This document shows, piece after piece, positions 26,737-36,225 of a stretch of DNA of 64,000 nucleotides; position 1 is the stretch's first letter, and each line of letters begins with the position of its first letter. The DNA is from Azospirillum sp. CAG:239 (GTDB lineage Bacteria > Bacillota_I > Bacilli_A > RFN20 > CAG-449): contig CAVJWU010000002.1 of the NCBI GenBank assembly GCA_963653535.1, positions 15,729 to 79,728 on the forward strand, given 5' to 3'. A model generated the notes under the pieces. The model ran no database searches. It had not been told where the DNA came from and worked only from the letters and a program-made list of their open reading frames with translations. Both the position numbers and the translations under genes were made by a program.

Positions 26737-29127
26737 TTATTTTCTTAACTCCGCTTTAAAGTCTTTGAATAAGGCATTAAGGATGCTATTCTCTGCTTCT
26801 TGAATTTCTTTTTCAACTAAAGTCTTCGTTTCACTTCCATAAGTAATACTAAATGCAACTGATTTAATGTTCAATGGTAAGAATTCACCTTGATAGACAT
26901 CAAATACTTCAACATCTCTAACAATCGATTTACCATTTTTCTTAATAGTTCTAATCATATCTTCAACTAAGACATCTTTTGAAATTACTAACGCTAAATC
27001 TCTATTAACAGTTGGGAATTTAGAAACTTGAGCCATCTTAGTTTGAGAAGTTTTTAAGCTTAATATCTTAGTTAAATTTAAATCTAAGACATATGTTTCT
27101 TTTATATCTTTAGAATATGTTGGATGAATTTGTCCTACTACTCCAACAACATCTTTACCAATCATAATCTTAGTAGCTCTACCAGGGTGATAGAACTTTG
27201 AATCAGTAAGTCTAACTTCTTTATATCTATTTTTATCAATGCCTAAAGAAGAAAGGATTGCTTCTAAAATACCATGGATATCATAGAAATCATATGGTCT
27301 AGTTTCAAAACTACCTCTTAATGGTTTATTACCGTTAAGAGCGACAACTAATTCTTCAAATGATTGAGATTTAGTATCAATAGAAGATATTTCAAAGAAA
27401 GCTAAATTCTTTTGTTGATGAGATAAGTTATATGAAATTGTATCAAGCATACTTGAAACTAATCCTCTTCTAACGACGCTATGATCTAGTGTCATAGGAT
27501 TTAAAATAACATAAGGTTCATCTTCATTCAATAAAACAAATTCTTCATTCATAGTTGGAGAAATTAAGTTATAAGTTAAAATTTCATTTAATCCATTATC
27601 GATTAATAAATTTCTAATTTTTAAACGTTTTTGTTGATGAAGGTCTAAGCCACCAGTAGTTGTAACCATTAAAGGTAATTGGCTCTTAATGCAATCAAAA
27701 CCAACATATCTAATAACTTCTTCCGATAAATCAGCATTGCATTTTAAATCAATACGATGATCTGGTGGGAAAGCGACAAATTCATTTTCATCTTTTGAAA
27801 CAACTTTAATCATTAATGCTTCTAAGACATTCTTAATTTCTTCAAAGCTAAATGATGTACCTAAACGGGAATTGATGTAAGAAACTGAACAATCAATTTG
27901 AGTATCGTTTTTACCAACAGTTGAATAATTTACATTTTTTGAAACTTTCTTTGCATCAGCTAGTTCAACTAATAATTCACTCGCTAAAAGGAGGACATCT
28001 TCATATTGGTAAGGATTAATACCTTTAGTAAATCTTGCACTAGAATCACTTGCTAACCCTAAGCGATTAGAAGTTTTTCTTACTGAGCTACCTTTAAATG
28101 AAGCAGCTTCAATAATAATATTCTTAGTTTCAGGAGTAACTGCGACACATTCTAATCCCATAATACCAGCAATACAAACTGGTTTATCGTTATTTGTTAC
28201 AACTAAATCATTTGCTTCTAATTTATAAGTTTCATTATCTAGAGCTATTACTTCACTAGTAATATCATTTCTAACTACAAACTTATTTAATTCAAGTTTA
28301 TCTTTATCGTACATGTGTAATGGTTGACCTGTTAATAACATTACATAGTTACCAATATCAACAATATTATTAATAGATCTAATTCCTTCTGCCATTAAAG
28401 CTCTTTGTAACCATAAAGGAGATTCTTTTGTAGTGACATCAAGAACTTCTTTAATAGAAAATTGAGGACAATCAGGAGTTAATGAACTACATTCAAATGA
28501 TGAATCAAATTCATCATATCTCTTAGGTTCAGGAATTTTAACTTCACGATGGAATAAAGCACCTAATTCTTTTGCAATAGAATAAATAGCTAAGCAATCA
28601 CTTCTATTTGCTAAAACATTAATATTAAAGATAGTATCATCTAAGCCTAAATATTCTAAGACGTTTTCTTCGCCAACTGGTGCATCATCATCTAATTCTT
28701 CAATACCATTAATTTGTGTTTCTGTTAAGAAAAATTTATCGACGCCAAGTTCATTAAGCGCGCAACACATACCATTAGATTCAACTCCTCTAATGACTGA
28801 TTTAGTGATAGTTATATCTTTAGCAGGGAGAACACAACCTTCTAAAGCGACGATAACTTTTAAACCAACTCTTACATTAGGTGCGCCACAGACAATTTGA
28901 ACTACACCATATTTTTCACCTTCGTCAACTTTTAAGACATGTAAATGAGATGAATCTGGGTGTTCGTCGCATTCGATAATTTGGCCAATAACTAATTTTG
29001 AAGCACTTGCTAACGTAGTAACTTCTTCAACTTCTAAACCAGAGAAAGTTAATTTTTCTTCGATTTCTTTTGGAGAAATATCGTGTAAATCAACAAATTT
29101 AGATAATAATTTATAACTTGCTAACAT
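26737..29127 (-). CDS. pheT: Phenylalanine--tRNA ligase beta subunit
   Basis: 796 aa. N-terminal tRNA-binding (EMAP-like) domain, B3/4, B5 and FDX-ACB domains in canonical order. Directly follows pheS. Confidence 0.95.
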   Translation of the reverse strand: MLASYKLLSKFVDLHDISPKEIEEKLTFSGLEVEEVTTLASASKLVIGQIIECDEHPDSSHLHVLKVDEGEKYGVVQIVCGAPNVRVGLKVIVALEGCVLPAKDITITKSVIRGVESNGMCCALNELGVDKFFLTETQINGIEELDDDAPVGEENVLEYLGLDDTIFNINVLANRSDCLAIYSIAKELGALFHREVKIPEPKRYDEFDSSFECSSLTPDCPQFSIKEVLDVTTKESPLWLQRALMAEGIRSINNIVDIGNYVMLLTGQPLHMYDKDKLELNKFVVRNDITSEVIALDNETYKLEANDLVVTNNDKPVCIAGIMGLECVAVTPETKNIIIEAASFKGSSVRKTSNRLGLASDSSARFTKGINPYQYEDVLLLASELLVELADAKKVSKNVNYSTVGKNDTQIDCSVSYINSRLGTSFSFEEIKNVLEALMIKVVSKDENEFVAFPPDHRIDLKCNADLSEEVIRYVGFDCIKSQLPLMVTTTGGLDLHQQKRLKIRNLLIDNGLNEILTYNLISPTMNEEFVLLNEDEPYVILNPMTLDHSVVRRGLVSSMLDTISYNLSHQQKNLAFFEISSIDTKSQSFEELVVALNGNKPLRGSFETRPYDFYDIHGILEAILSSLGIDKNRYKEVRLTDSKFYHPGRATKIMIGKDVVGVVGQIHPTYSKDIKETYVLDLNLTKILSLKTSQTKMAQVSKFPTVNRDLALVISKDVLVEDMIRTIKKNGKSIVRDVEVFDVYQGEFLPLNIKSVAFSITYGSETKTLVEKEIQEAENSILNALFKDFKAELRK

Positions 29128-29141
29128 AATAAATCTCCTCC

Positions 29142-30173
29142 TTAGTCTTTCTTAAATTGTGATAAGAATCTCTTATCATTAGTATAGAATTTTCTAATAT
29201 CATCGATACCATATTTTAACATTGCAACTCTTTCAATTCCGATACCAAAAGCAAAGCCTTGATAGACTTTTGTATCAAAACCACACATTTCAAGAACATG
29301 TGGATGAACCATACCAGCCCCAAGAATTTCAATCCAACCGGTACCTTTACATAATTTACAGCCTTTTCCACCGCATTCAAAGCAAGAAATATCTGCTTCA
29401 ACAGAAGGTTCAGTAAATGGGAAATAACTAGATCTCATTCTAACTTCACGTTTTTCACCAAACATTGATTTAGCGAATAATTCTAAAGTTGATAATAAGT
29501 TACCCATATTGACATTTTTATCGATAACTAAACCTTCAATTTGACCAAATTGATGAGAATGAGTCGCGTCATCATCACGACGATAAACTTTACCAGGAGA
29601 GATGATTTTAATTGGACCAACGCCATTTTTTGATAACATGACATGAGCTTGAACTGGAGAAGTTTGGCTTCTCATCAAGTGATTTTCATCAATATAGAAA
29701 GAATCTTGCATGTCACGTGCTGGGTGATCTTTAGGAACATTTAATAATTCAAAATTAAAATGATCTAATTCAACTTCTGTTCCTTCAACAATGTTATAGC
29801 CCATTCCGATAAAGATGTTAGAAACATCATCAATAATAATTTGGAAAGGATGTTTGCTACCTTTTGAATAAGAATATGAAGGTAAAGTAAAATCAATGAC
29901 TTCGCTTTCTAATTTTTTCTTTAATAATTCATTTTCAATTTCTTGTCTTTTTTGTTCAATACGATTAGTGATATCTTGTTTAATCGCGTTGATTTCTTGG
30001 CCAAATTTAGCCTTATCTTCTGCATTTAAGTTTTTCATTAATGACATCATTTTCATTAATTCACTCTTTTTAGATAAATAATTATTTCTAATATTAGTTA
30101 ATAATTCTGGTGAATCAATTTCATTAATTTCCTTTAATGCAGTTTCATGTAGTTTCTTTAAATTGTCAAACAT
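29142..30173 (-). CDS. pheS: Phenylalanine--tRNA ligase alpha subunit
   Basis: 343 aa. HP..(D)MQDSFY, class II motifs YRRD..DATHSHQFGQIEG, FPFTEPS and GFAFGIGIERVAMLKYGI. Confidence 0.96.
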   Translation of the reverse strand: MFDNLKKLHETALKEINEIDSPELLTNIRNNYLSKKSELMKMMSLMKNLNAEDKAKFGQEINAIKQDITNRIEQKRQEIENELLKKKLESEVIDFTLPSYSYSKGSKHPFQIIIDDVSNIFIGMGYNIVEGTEVELDHFNFELLNVPKDHPARDMQDSFYIDENHLMRSQTSPVQAHVMLSKNGVGPIKIISPGKVYRRDDDATHSHQFGQIEGLVIDKNVNMGNLLSTLELFAKSMFGEKREVRMRSSYFPFTEPSVEADISCFECGGKGCKLCKGTGWIEILGAGMVHPHVLEMCGFDTKVYQGFAFGIGIERVAMLKYGIDDIRKFYTNDKRFLSQFKKD

Positions 30174-30266
30174 ATAAACCTCCGAAAAACTAAGATTATA
30201 AAATCAATCTTTTTAATAATACTCTCATTTTAATTTATTTAAAATAAATTAGATTAAACACAAACA

Positions 30267-30797
30267 TTATTTTTTTATTAAACGATGTTTCTTTTCATAT
30301 ACTTCATCTAAGAAATCATTAAGTTTCTTAAATGATTTTGTATTTTTTGAAAATTTTACAACTCTATCTCTAGAACCATATTTAATAATTAATGACATAT
30401 TTCTCAACTTAAAAAATAAAGTAATAAATATTATAAAACATATAATTCCTACTACTAAAATAATATAAGCGATAAGAGGATAGAAAAATAAAGTAGGAAT
30501 ACATCCACCAATCGATACAACGAGTAAAAATATCGCTAAAAAAAGGAATACAGGATGAGAATGCATCTTAGTTTGAGAAGCTTTAATTTCTAATAAATCA
30601 ATTAAAATTTTCTCTTTTCCTCCATTACTAACCTTCCTAATAATTAAGCAATCATCACTTAAGTCTAGTGATGAATCACCAATGATAAGATGGTCACCTT
30701 TTTGAGTTTTTTCATCTATTATTTCTTCTTCATTACTATTTTTTTTAATTGGTAGTTCAAAGTCGAAATCGATATCTTCTTGATTTTTTCTTTTCAT
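30267..30797 (-). CDS. Uncharacterised membrane protein (acidic N-terminal domain, two long hydrophobic helices, basic C-terminal tail)
   Basis: 176 aa. AAGGAG RBS. Starts 13 nt after the DUF2974 gene stop. I recognise no family motif. Confidence 0.6.
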   Translation of the reverse strand: MKRKNQEDIDFDFELPIKKNSNEEEIIDEKTQKGDHLIIGDSSLDLSDDCLIIRKVSNGGKEKILIDLLEIKASQTKMHSHPVFLFLAIFLLVVSIGGCIPTLFFYPLIAYIILVVGIICFIIFITLFFKLRNMSLIIKYGSRDRVVKFSKNTKSFKKLNDFLDEVYEKKHRLIKK

Positions 30798-30810
30798 CTA
30801 ATCACTCCTT

Positions 30811-31929
30811 TTATTTTTGTTTTAATGCATCAATATTAAATGCATATAAGAAACCTAAGATTAGTTCTTTTCTAACGATTTTATTAATAAATAATTCATT
30901 AAATAATTTAAAGATTAAATTACGATCTTCCTTATTTAAGGACAAGAAAACTTTAAATCCTCGATGAGGACGTAAACCAGCATCTGTTAATGATTTAGAA
31001 TTACCCGCGTATAAGATGTTAAATAAGCTTTCAACAAAACGCTTTTTATAATCATTATCATAATCAAACATAATACGATCAATTTGCTTATTAATTTCAT
31101 CACTTCCTAAAGAAAATGAATCATCTCTTTTAAAATTAGTATCACTTATTGCCCAGGATAATGGATCATGAGTTTGTAATCCTTTAATATTTGAATGAAT
31201 GATAGTAGGAGGAACCATTTCATAGAAGAATCGACCGACTAAACCTTCACTAGGAACATAATGTAACATCTTACTTTTACGGTAAACTGGTACTTTTAAT
31301 AATGTTTGAACGCTGTAACCTGGTCCATCAAATGAATAAGCACATTTTAATTTATTAAATACTTCTTCTTTACAAAATGCCGCGGCATATAAAGCTTCTA
31401 AACCACCTTTAGAATGACCGACAAAGATATATTCTTTATCTTCTAAACAGTATTTATTGACGTAATCAACAGCATTATGTAAGCAAGGAACATCAGATTT
31501 ATACATCATATCGAAGTCTTCTCTCCATCCGACTATCGTATCATCAGTTGAGCCAAAAATAATAGCTACCGTATGATCATCTAAATCGCACATGAAGAAA
31601 GTTGATTGAGTGACTTCTTCTTCAGAAATCGTTACTTCGGCATTATACATCTTTAGATGTTTAAATCGATGGCATTCACTAGCCGAGAAGACCATATTAG
31701 ATATTCTTTTATTTAAGATGAAACCAAATTGTTTCTTTTTATGAAACTGATATTGTTTTTCCATTACTTTAGAAAAACTTCTCTTTTTTCCACTATTAGG
31801 CTTAGGAATAGAAAATTGAACATCAATCAAAGAAACCATAGACAAAATTAAACCATCCACTTCAGTAAATGGAATTTGTTTTAAAGATTTTTGTCCAATT
31901 GATTTAATATATGATGGTAAATATCCCAT
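30811..31929 (-). CDS. DUF2974 (Mbeg1-like) alpha/beta serine hydrolase
   Basis: 372 aa. Nucleophile elbow FVGHSKGG, SFDGPG, and a late His in LQTHDPLSW, the pattern I associate with DUF2974 lipase-like proteins. Starts 26 nt after the ftsZ stop with a GGAGG RBS. Confidence 0.65.
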   Translation of the reverse strand: MGYLPSYIKSIGQKSLKQIPFTEVDGLILSMVSLIDVQFSIPKPNSGKKRSFSKVMEKQYQFHKKKQFGFILNKRISNMVFSASECHRFKHLKMYNAEVTISEEEVTQSTFFMCDLDDHTVAIIFGSTDDTIVGWREDFDMMYKSDVPCLHNAVDYVNKYCLEDKEYIFVGHSKGGLEALYAAAFCKEEVFNKLKCAYSFDGPGYSVQTLLKVPVYRKSKMLHYVPSEGLVGRFFYEMVPPTIIHSNIKGLQTHDPLSWAISDTNFKRDDSFSLGSDEINKQIDRIMFDYDNDYKKRFVESLFNILYAGNSKSLTDAGLRPHRGFKVFLSLNKEDRNLIFKLFNELFINKIVRKELILGFLYAFNIDALKQK

Positions 31930-31955
31930 TAATGCCTCCTTAGAAAAAATAAAAA

Positions 31956-33059
31956 TTATTTATTATCGTCTTGTTCAATATCTAAAAAGAAATCAGGTAA
32001 GATAGAATTTGTATCTTGAGGAATAGAAGGTTCTTCTTCCTTCTTTTCTTCAGCGACAGGAGTTCTAGTAGGTCTAACGTATGGAGTTGGATCACTTGGA
32101 ACGTAATCTTCATCAAATTCAGTCGCAATGACTGAAACTAACATATTGTCATTAAGTTCAGGATTTTGTTGAACGCCAAAGATAATATTAACATTAGAAC
32201 CAGCTGCTTCCGTAATATAGGAAACTGCTTCTTGCGTTTCATCTAGCGTAACTCCGTTACCACCGGTAATAGAAATAATTGCTGAATGAGCGCCTTTAAT
32301 ACTTGCTTCTAGTAATGGGGAAGCGATGGCGTTAGTTGCTGCATCAATTGCTTTATTAGTTCCACTACCAACACCAAAACCAATTAAAGCTAGTCCTTTA
32401 CCTTGTAAAGTAGCTTTGACATCAGCAAAATCTAAGTTAATTAAGCCTGGTAATAAAATTAAATCGGTAATTGTTTTAACTGATTGAGATAAGACTCTAT
32501 CTGATTCAGCAAAAGCTTCGGCGATTGATTTATTACCGTTCATCATCATTAATTTATCATTAGAAACAACGATAATTGAATCAACTTCTTCTTTTAATTT
32601 ATTTAATCCTTCGACTGCTTTTACTTTTCTTGAATTTCCTTCAAATGAGAAAGGTCTAGTAACAATTGCAATCGTTAATGCTCCAGCTTCACGAGCTGCA
32701 CGAGCGACAATTGGAGCTGCGCCCGTACCAGTACCGCCGCCCATTCCGGCAGCGATAAAGACCATATTTGCACCTTGAACAATTTCTTTAATATCTTCAA
32801 TTGATTGAGAAGCAGCTTCTGCACCAATTTCAGGATTACCGCCGGCACCTAAGCCTTTTGTATAATCTTTACCTAAAACATATTTATGCTCAGCTTGAGA
32901 AGTCGCTAGAGCTTGTGCGTCAGTATTAACAACCCAGAATTCACATGACTTAATATCATCTTTAATCATTTGGTTGACCGCGTTATTTCCGCCACCACCT
33001 ACACCGATGACAACAATTTTTGCATAACTTTCAAATGCATCAAAATTAAATTCTTCCAT
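31956..33059 (-). CDS. ftsZ: Cell division protein FtsZ
   Basis: 367 aa. GVGGGGNNAV, NTDAQAL and GGGTGTGAAP tubulin signature. C-terminal conserved peptide ILPDFFLD. Confidence 0.97.
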   Translation of the reverse strand: MEEFNFDAFESYAKIVVIGVGGGGNNAVNQMIKDDIKSCEFWVVNTDAQALATSQAEHKYVLGKDYTKGLGAGGNPEIGAEAASQSIEDIKEIVQGANMVFIAAGMGGGTGTGAAPIVARAAREAGALTIAIVTRPFSFEGNSRKVKAVEGLNKLKEEVDSIIVVSNDKLMMMNGNKSIAEAFAESDRVLSQSVKTITDLILLPGLINLDFADVKATLQGKGLALIGFGVGSGTNKAIDAATNAIASPLLEASIKGAHSAIISITGGNGVTLDETQEAVSYITEAAGSNVNIIFGVQQNPELNDNMLVSVIATEFDEDYVPSDPTPYVRPTRTPVAEEKKEEEPSIPQDTNSILPDFFLDIEQDDNK

Positions 33060-33067
33060 ATACCCTC

Positions 33068-34282
33068 CTAAAGCTCTTCTTGAGCGTCATATTTTTCATT
33101 TCTTTTTGTCGATGAATCTTGTACTCGAGAAATAATCGTATTTGTAAAAGAATCATCACTATCAATTTGCACATAACGATCCGCGTATTTAATTAAACCT
33201 AAGCATACTTGATAAGATTGATTTCTCGCTCCAAAACTATATGGGCAATAAGAAATGACATTAACACCTAATTCCTCATCGAGTAATTCTTTTAAGCCAT
33301 TTAATCTACTTCCTCCACCTGTAATAACTAAAGGAAGGAATTTATTATCCGAATCATTCCATTCATTGATAACTTGTTTAATTTTATCGATTAAGAGTTT
33401 TAAGCATTCTTTTATAGTTATATTAATATCTTTAATTGTAATATCTTTAAAAACATTAACTTTAAATCCAGGTTCATTATCTAAACCATATTTTTCTTTA
33501 AGAATAGTTGCTTCTTTAAAGGTGATATTAAGTTTTTCAGACATGTATTGAGAAATCTTATCACTACCAAAACCAATACATTGATTTTTTGTAATGATCG
33601 TTTTGTTTTCAATTTTAGTAAAAGTAGTAATATCTCCTCCAATATTAAGTAAATAATAATTTGAAGAAATAGATTGTACTTCATCAACATTATCTAAATA
33701 AATACTTGTTACTAAAGGAGCTGAGGTAACTTGTTTAACTCGTAAACTAGCTTGTTCAACAACTTTAATAAATTTTTCAACATAAGTCTCGGCAAGAGCA
33801 TAAACAGTGGCATACATTGTAAGATTTTGAGCGGTCTTGCCAATTGGTGATTCAGAAGAATTTTCTCTACCATCTAAAACATATTTATAAGGGATAACAT
33901 CATAAACTTTAAATCCATCACTAAATTTTACTTTCTTTAATTGTGAGATACAGTTATTAATATCCATTTGGCAGATTTTTCCTTCTGGATTAATCGTATT
34001 TGTTGAAGCATTTTGTAATTTCCAATCAAGAGATAAAGGTGGAATCGCTAAAACTACATCACGTATTTTTACACCAAGAGATTCACTCGCAGTAGAAACT
34101 ACTCCTTTTATCGCAGCGATAAGAGAGTCAGATTCAACAACTAAACCTCTTTCTAATGCGCTACAACTTGATTCTAAAGCATGGAGAACGTAGACTTTTT
34201 CATCTTGAACAAATCCATAAACTAGTCTCACGCATTTAGAAGTAATTTCTAATGCTGCGTATCTTTTATTTTCATTACTCAT
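33068..34282 (-). CDS. ftsA: Cell division protein FtsA
   Basis: 404 aa actin-fold protein (ALEITS..., NIGGDITT, ITGGGSRLNGL) directly upstream of ftsZ. Confidence 0.9.
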   Translation of the reverse strand: MSNENKRYAALEITSKCVRLVYGFVQDEKVYVLHALESSCSALERGLVVESDSLIAAIKGVVSTASESLGVKIRDVVLAIPPLSLDWKLQNASTNTINPEGKICQMDINNCISQLKKVKFSDGFKVYDVIPYKYVLDGRENSSESPIGKTAQNLTMYATVYALAETYVEKFIKVVEQASLRVKQVTSAPLVTSIYLDNVDEVQSISSNYYLLNIGGDITTFTKIENKTIITKNQCIGFGSDKISQYMSEKLNITFKEATILKEKYGLDNEPGFKVNVFKDITIKDINITIKECLKLLIDKIKQVINEWNDSDNKFLPLVITGGGSRLNGLKELLDEELGVNVISYCPYSFGARNQSYQVCLGLIKYADRYVQIDSDDSFTNTIISRVQDSSTKRNEKYDAQEEL

Positions 34283-34292
34283 ACACGTCCTC

Positions 34293-35159
34293 CTACTTAT
34301 TGTTTGGTAATACTTGATATCTTAAAGAAGTTGAATCATAAATTACCTTAATTCCTTTAACTACATATTCTTTGTTATTGAATGTATCAGTATAAGAAAT
34401 TATCTTTTCATCGTTATAAAGATATTTACCATTAAGATCTTTTTCAAGGTAGATTTTTAATGAATCTTCGTTAATAATTTTTGATGCAATTGAAATACTA
34501 TTTAAAGCATCAAAACTCACTTTTAATAAGGTGTTATCATCGATTGTATAATAGAAATCGTAATAATAATTATCTGCATCATAACCGACGTACATCGTTT
34601 TATAAGCATTTGTTGATTTTCTAATATTGAGAATAAGATTACAAAGATGAACATAACGAGTTAGGTTAAATTTATCGGTTAGCGGTTTACTAACAAGGTC
34701 TAGTGATAAAGGTAAATATGATGACATATAATTTTTAATAAATTCATCTTCGTTATTTAGTAATGTTTCATCAACTTTATTACCATTCGTTAAATAATAT
34801 TCATTATCATATTTAAACATTGGGGATATTTCTTGAGCGAAAATATTTAAGCCCATTGGAGTGATGCTAACTTTAACGCTACTTTCATCAATTAATGGAT
34901 ATTTTTTTAACGAAGAAGCGATTGCATCACTAGAAATTAAATAAAGTGAATTAGATTTAGAAATTCCTGCAATTGATAAATAGTTTTCACTAGTTAAATA
35001 AATCATTCCATCAATAGTCGAATTATATACTTTAGAAATTGGTGTAACAAAATAGACCACGATTAAAAGAGCGATTACTCCAATGATAGAAAGTTTACTA
35101 ATAAAAACCTTTCTTCTCTTCTTGGACCTATTTTGTAATTCATTTTCAAAATCACTCAT
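34293..35159 (-). CDS. divIB: Cell division protein DivIB/FtsQ-like (single TM + POTRA)
   Basis: 288 aa. Basic N-terminus, one TM helix (LSIIGVIALLIVVYFV), and a POTRA-like stretch (IDGMIYLTSENYLSIAGI...VSITPMGLNIFAQE). Position directly upstream of ftsA. Confidence 0.65.
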   Translation of the reverse strand: MSDFENELQNRSKKRRKVFISKLSIIGVIALLIVVYFVTPISKVYNSTIDGMIYLTSENYLSIAGISKSNSLYLISSDAIASSLKKYPLIDESSVKVSITPMGLNIFAQEISPMFKYDNEYYLTNGNKVDETLLNNEDEFIKNYMSSYLPLSLDLVSKPLTDKFNLTRYVHLCNLILNIRKSTNAYKTMYVGYDADNYYYDFYYTIDDNTLLKVSFDALNSISIASKIINEDSLKIYLEKDLNGKYLYNDEKIISYTDTFNNKEYVVKGIKVIYDSTSLRYQVLPNNK

Positions 35160-35269
35160 AGTTACCCTCTTTTCTACACGATGTTCTTCGTATTTATTAT
35201 ATAATAATAAATTTTGCGTTTATTTTAAATAGAAAATGAGTTTTTAATGAATTAATAGGGTTAAATTAA

Positions 35270-35299
35270 CCAAATTAAAAGGTATCTAGATAGATACCT
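35270..35299 (-). terminator. Rho-independent terminator after mscS
   Basis: AGGTATCTA / TAGATACCT palindrome (35280-35299). Followed on the minus strand by TTTAATTTGG. Confidence 0.7.
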
Positions 35300-35307
35300 A
35301 ATAATAA

Positions 35308-36174
35308 CTATTTGTTTTTAATCGTGACATCAAGTTGATTGAATGGAATTTCAATGTTATTTTCATCAAGTGCTTTCTTAACTTGATCAAGTAAATCGAA
35401 ATTGACAGTCCAATAATCTTCGTTTTTAGTCCAAACTCTCAAGAGAATAACAATTGAAGAATCCGCGTATGATTGAACTTTTACAAAAGGTTCTGGATTT
35501 TTTAATATAAGAGCTTGAGATTTTGCAACTTCAGAAATAACTTTTAAGGCTAAATTGACATCAGAAGAATAACTGATTGTATATTGTTGATCAAGACGTC
35601 TAATTGGTTTAACTGAATAGTTGATGATATTTCCTCCGCTTAAAGCTCCATTAGGAATATAAACTACTTTATTATCTGGAGTCTTCATGTGAGTATAGAT
35701 AAGATTAATTTCTTCAACAGTTCCACTTACTCCTTGTGCTTCAATAAAATCACCAAGTCTAAATGGTCTAGTAACAATTAAGATTACCCATCCAGCAATA
35801 TTAGATAATGATCCTTGTAAAGCTAAGCCTAAAGCAACTGCACAAGAAGAAATGATACTTGCAATACCAGTCATTTCAATACCGATAAATCCAAAGAAAA
35901 CGATTAATGCAAGGACTTTTAATACTTTTCTTGTCGCATTATAAACTGCGTTACAAACGATCTCATCTTTTCCCTTTTTTCTTAAACGATTTCTTAAATT
36001 CTTCGCAAAAGAATTAATAATAATGAAAGCTACGATAAGTAAAAGAATACCGATGACTAATTTAATACCTGTAGTTAAACACCATGTTTTAATCGCATCC
36101 CAAATTCCTTCCCAAGAAAAAGTAGATGTTGTTGTTTGAGTAGTTGAAGAAGCATCTTCTAAAATATTAAGCAT
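35308..36174 (-). CDS. mscS: Small-conductance mechanosensitive channel (MscS family)
   Basis: 288 aa. Three N-terminal TM helices, then RPFRLGDFIE..GVSGTVEEINLIYT...DNKVVYIPNG, the MscS beta-domain signature. Confidence 0.88.
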   Translation of the reverse strand: MLNILEDASSTTQTTTSTFSWEGIWDAIKTWCLTTGIKLVIGILLLIVAFIIINSFAKNLRNRLRKKGKDEIVCNAVYNATRKVLKVLALIVFFGFIGIEMTGIASIISSCAVALGLALQGSLSNIAGWVILIVTRPFRLGDFIEAQGVSGTVEEINLIYTHMKTPDNKVVYIPNGALSGGNIINYSVKPIRRLDQQYTISYSSDVNLALKVISEVAKSQALILKNPEPFVKVQSYADSSIVILLRVWTKNEDYWTVNFDLLDQVKKALDENNIEIPFNQLDVTIKNK

Positions 36175-36225
36175 ATATCTCTCCTTTCAAATTTATAATT
36201 ATACTCTAAAAATGTATATTTTTAG

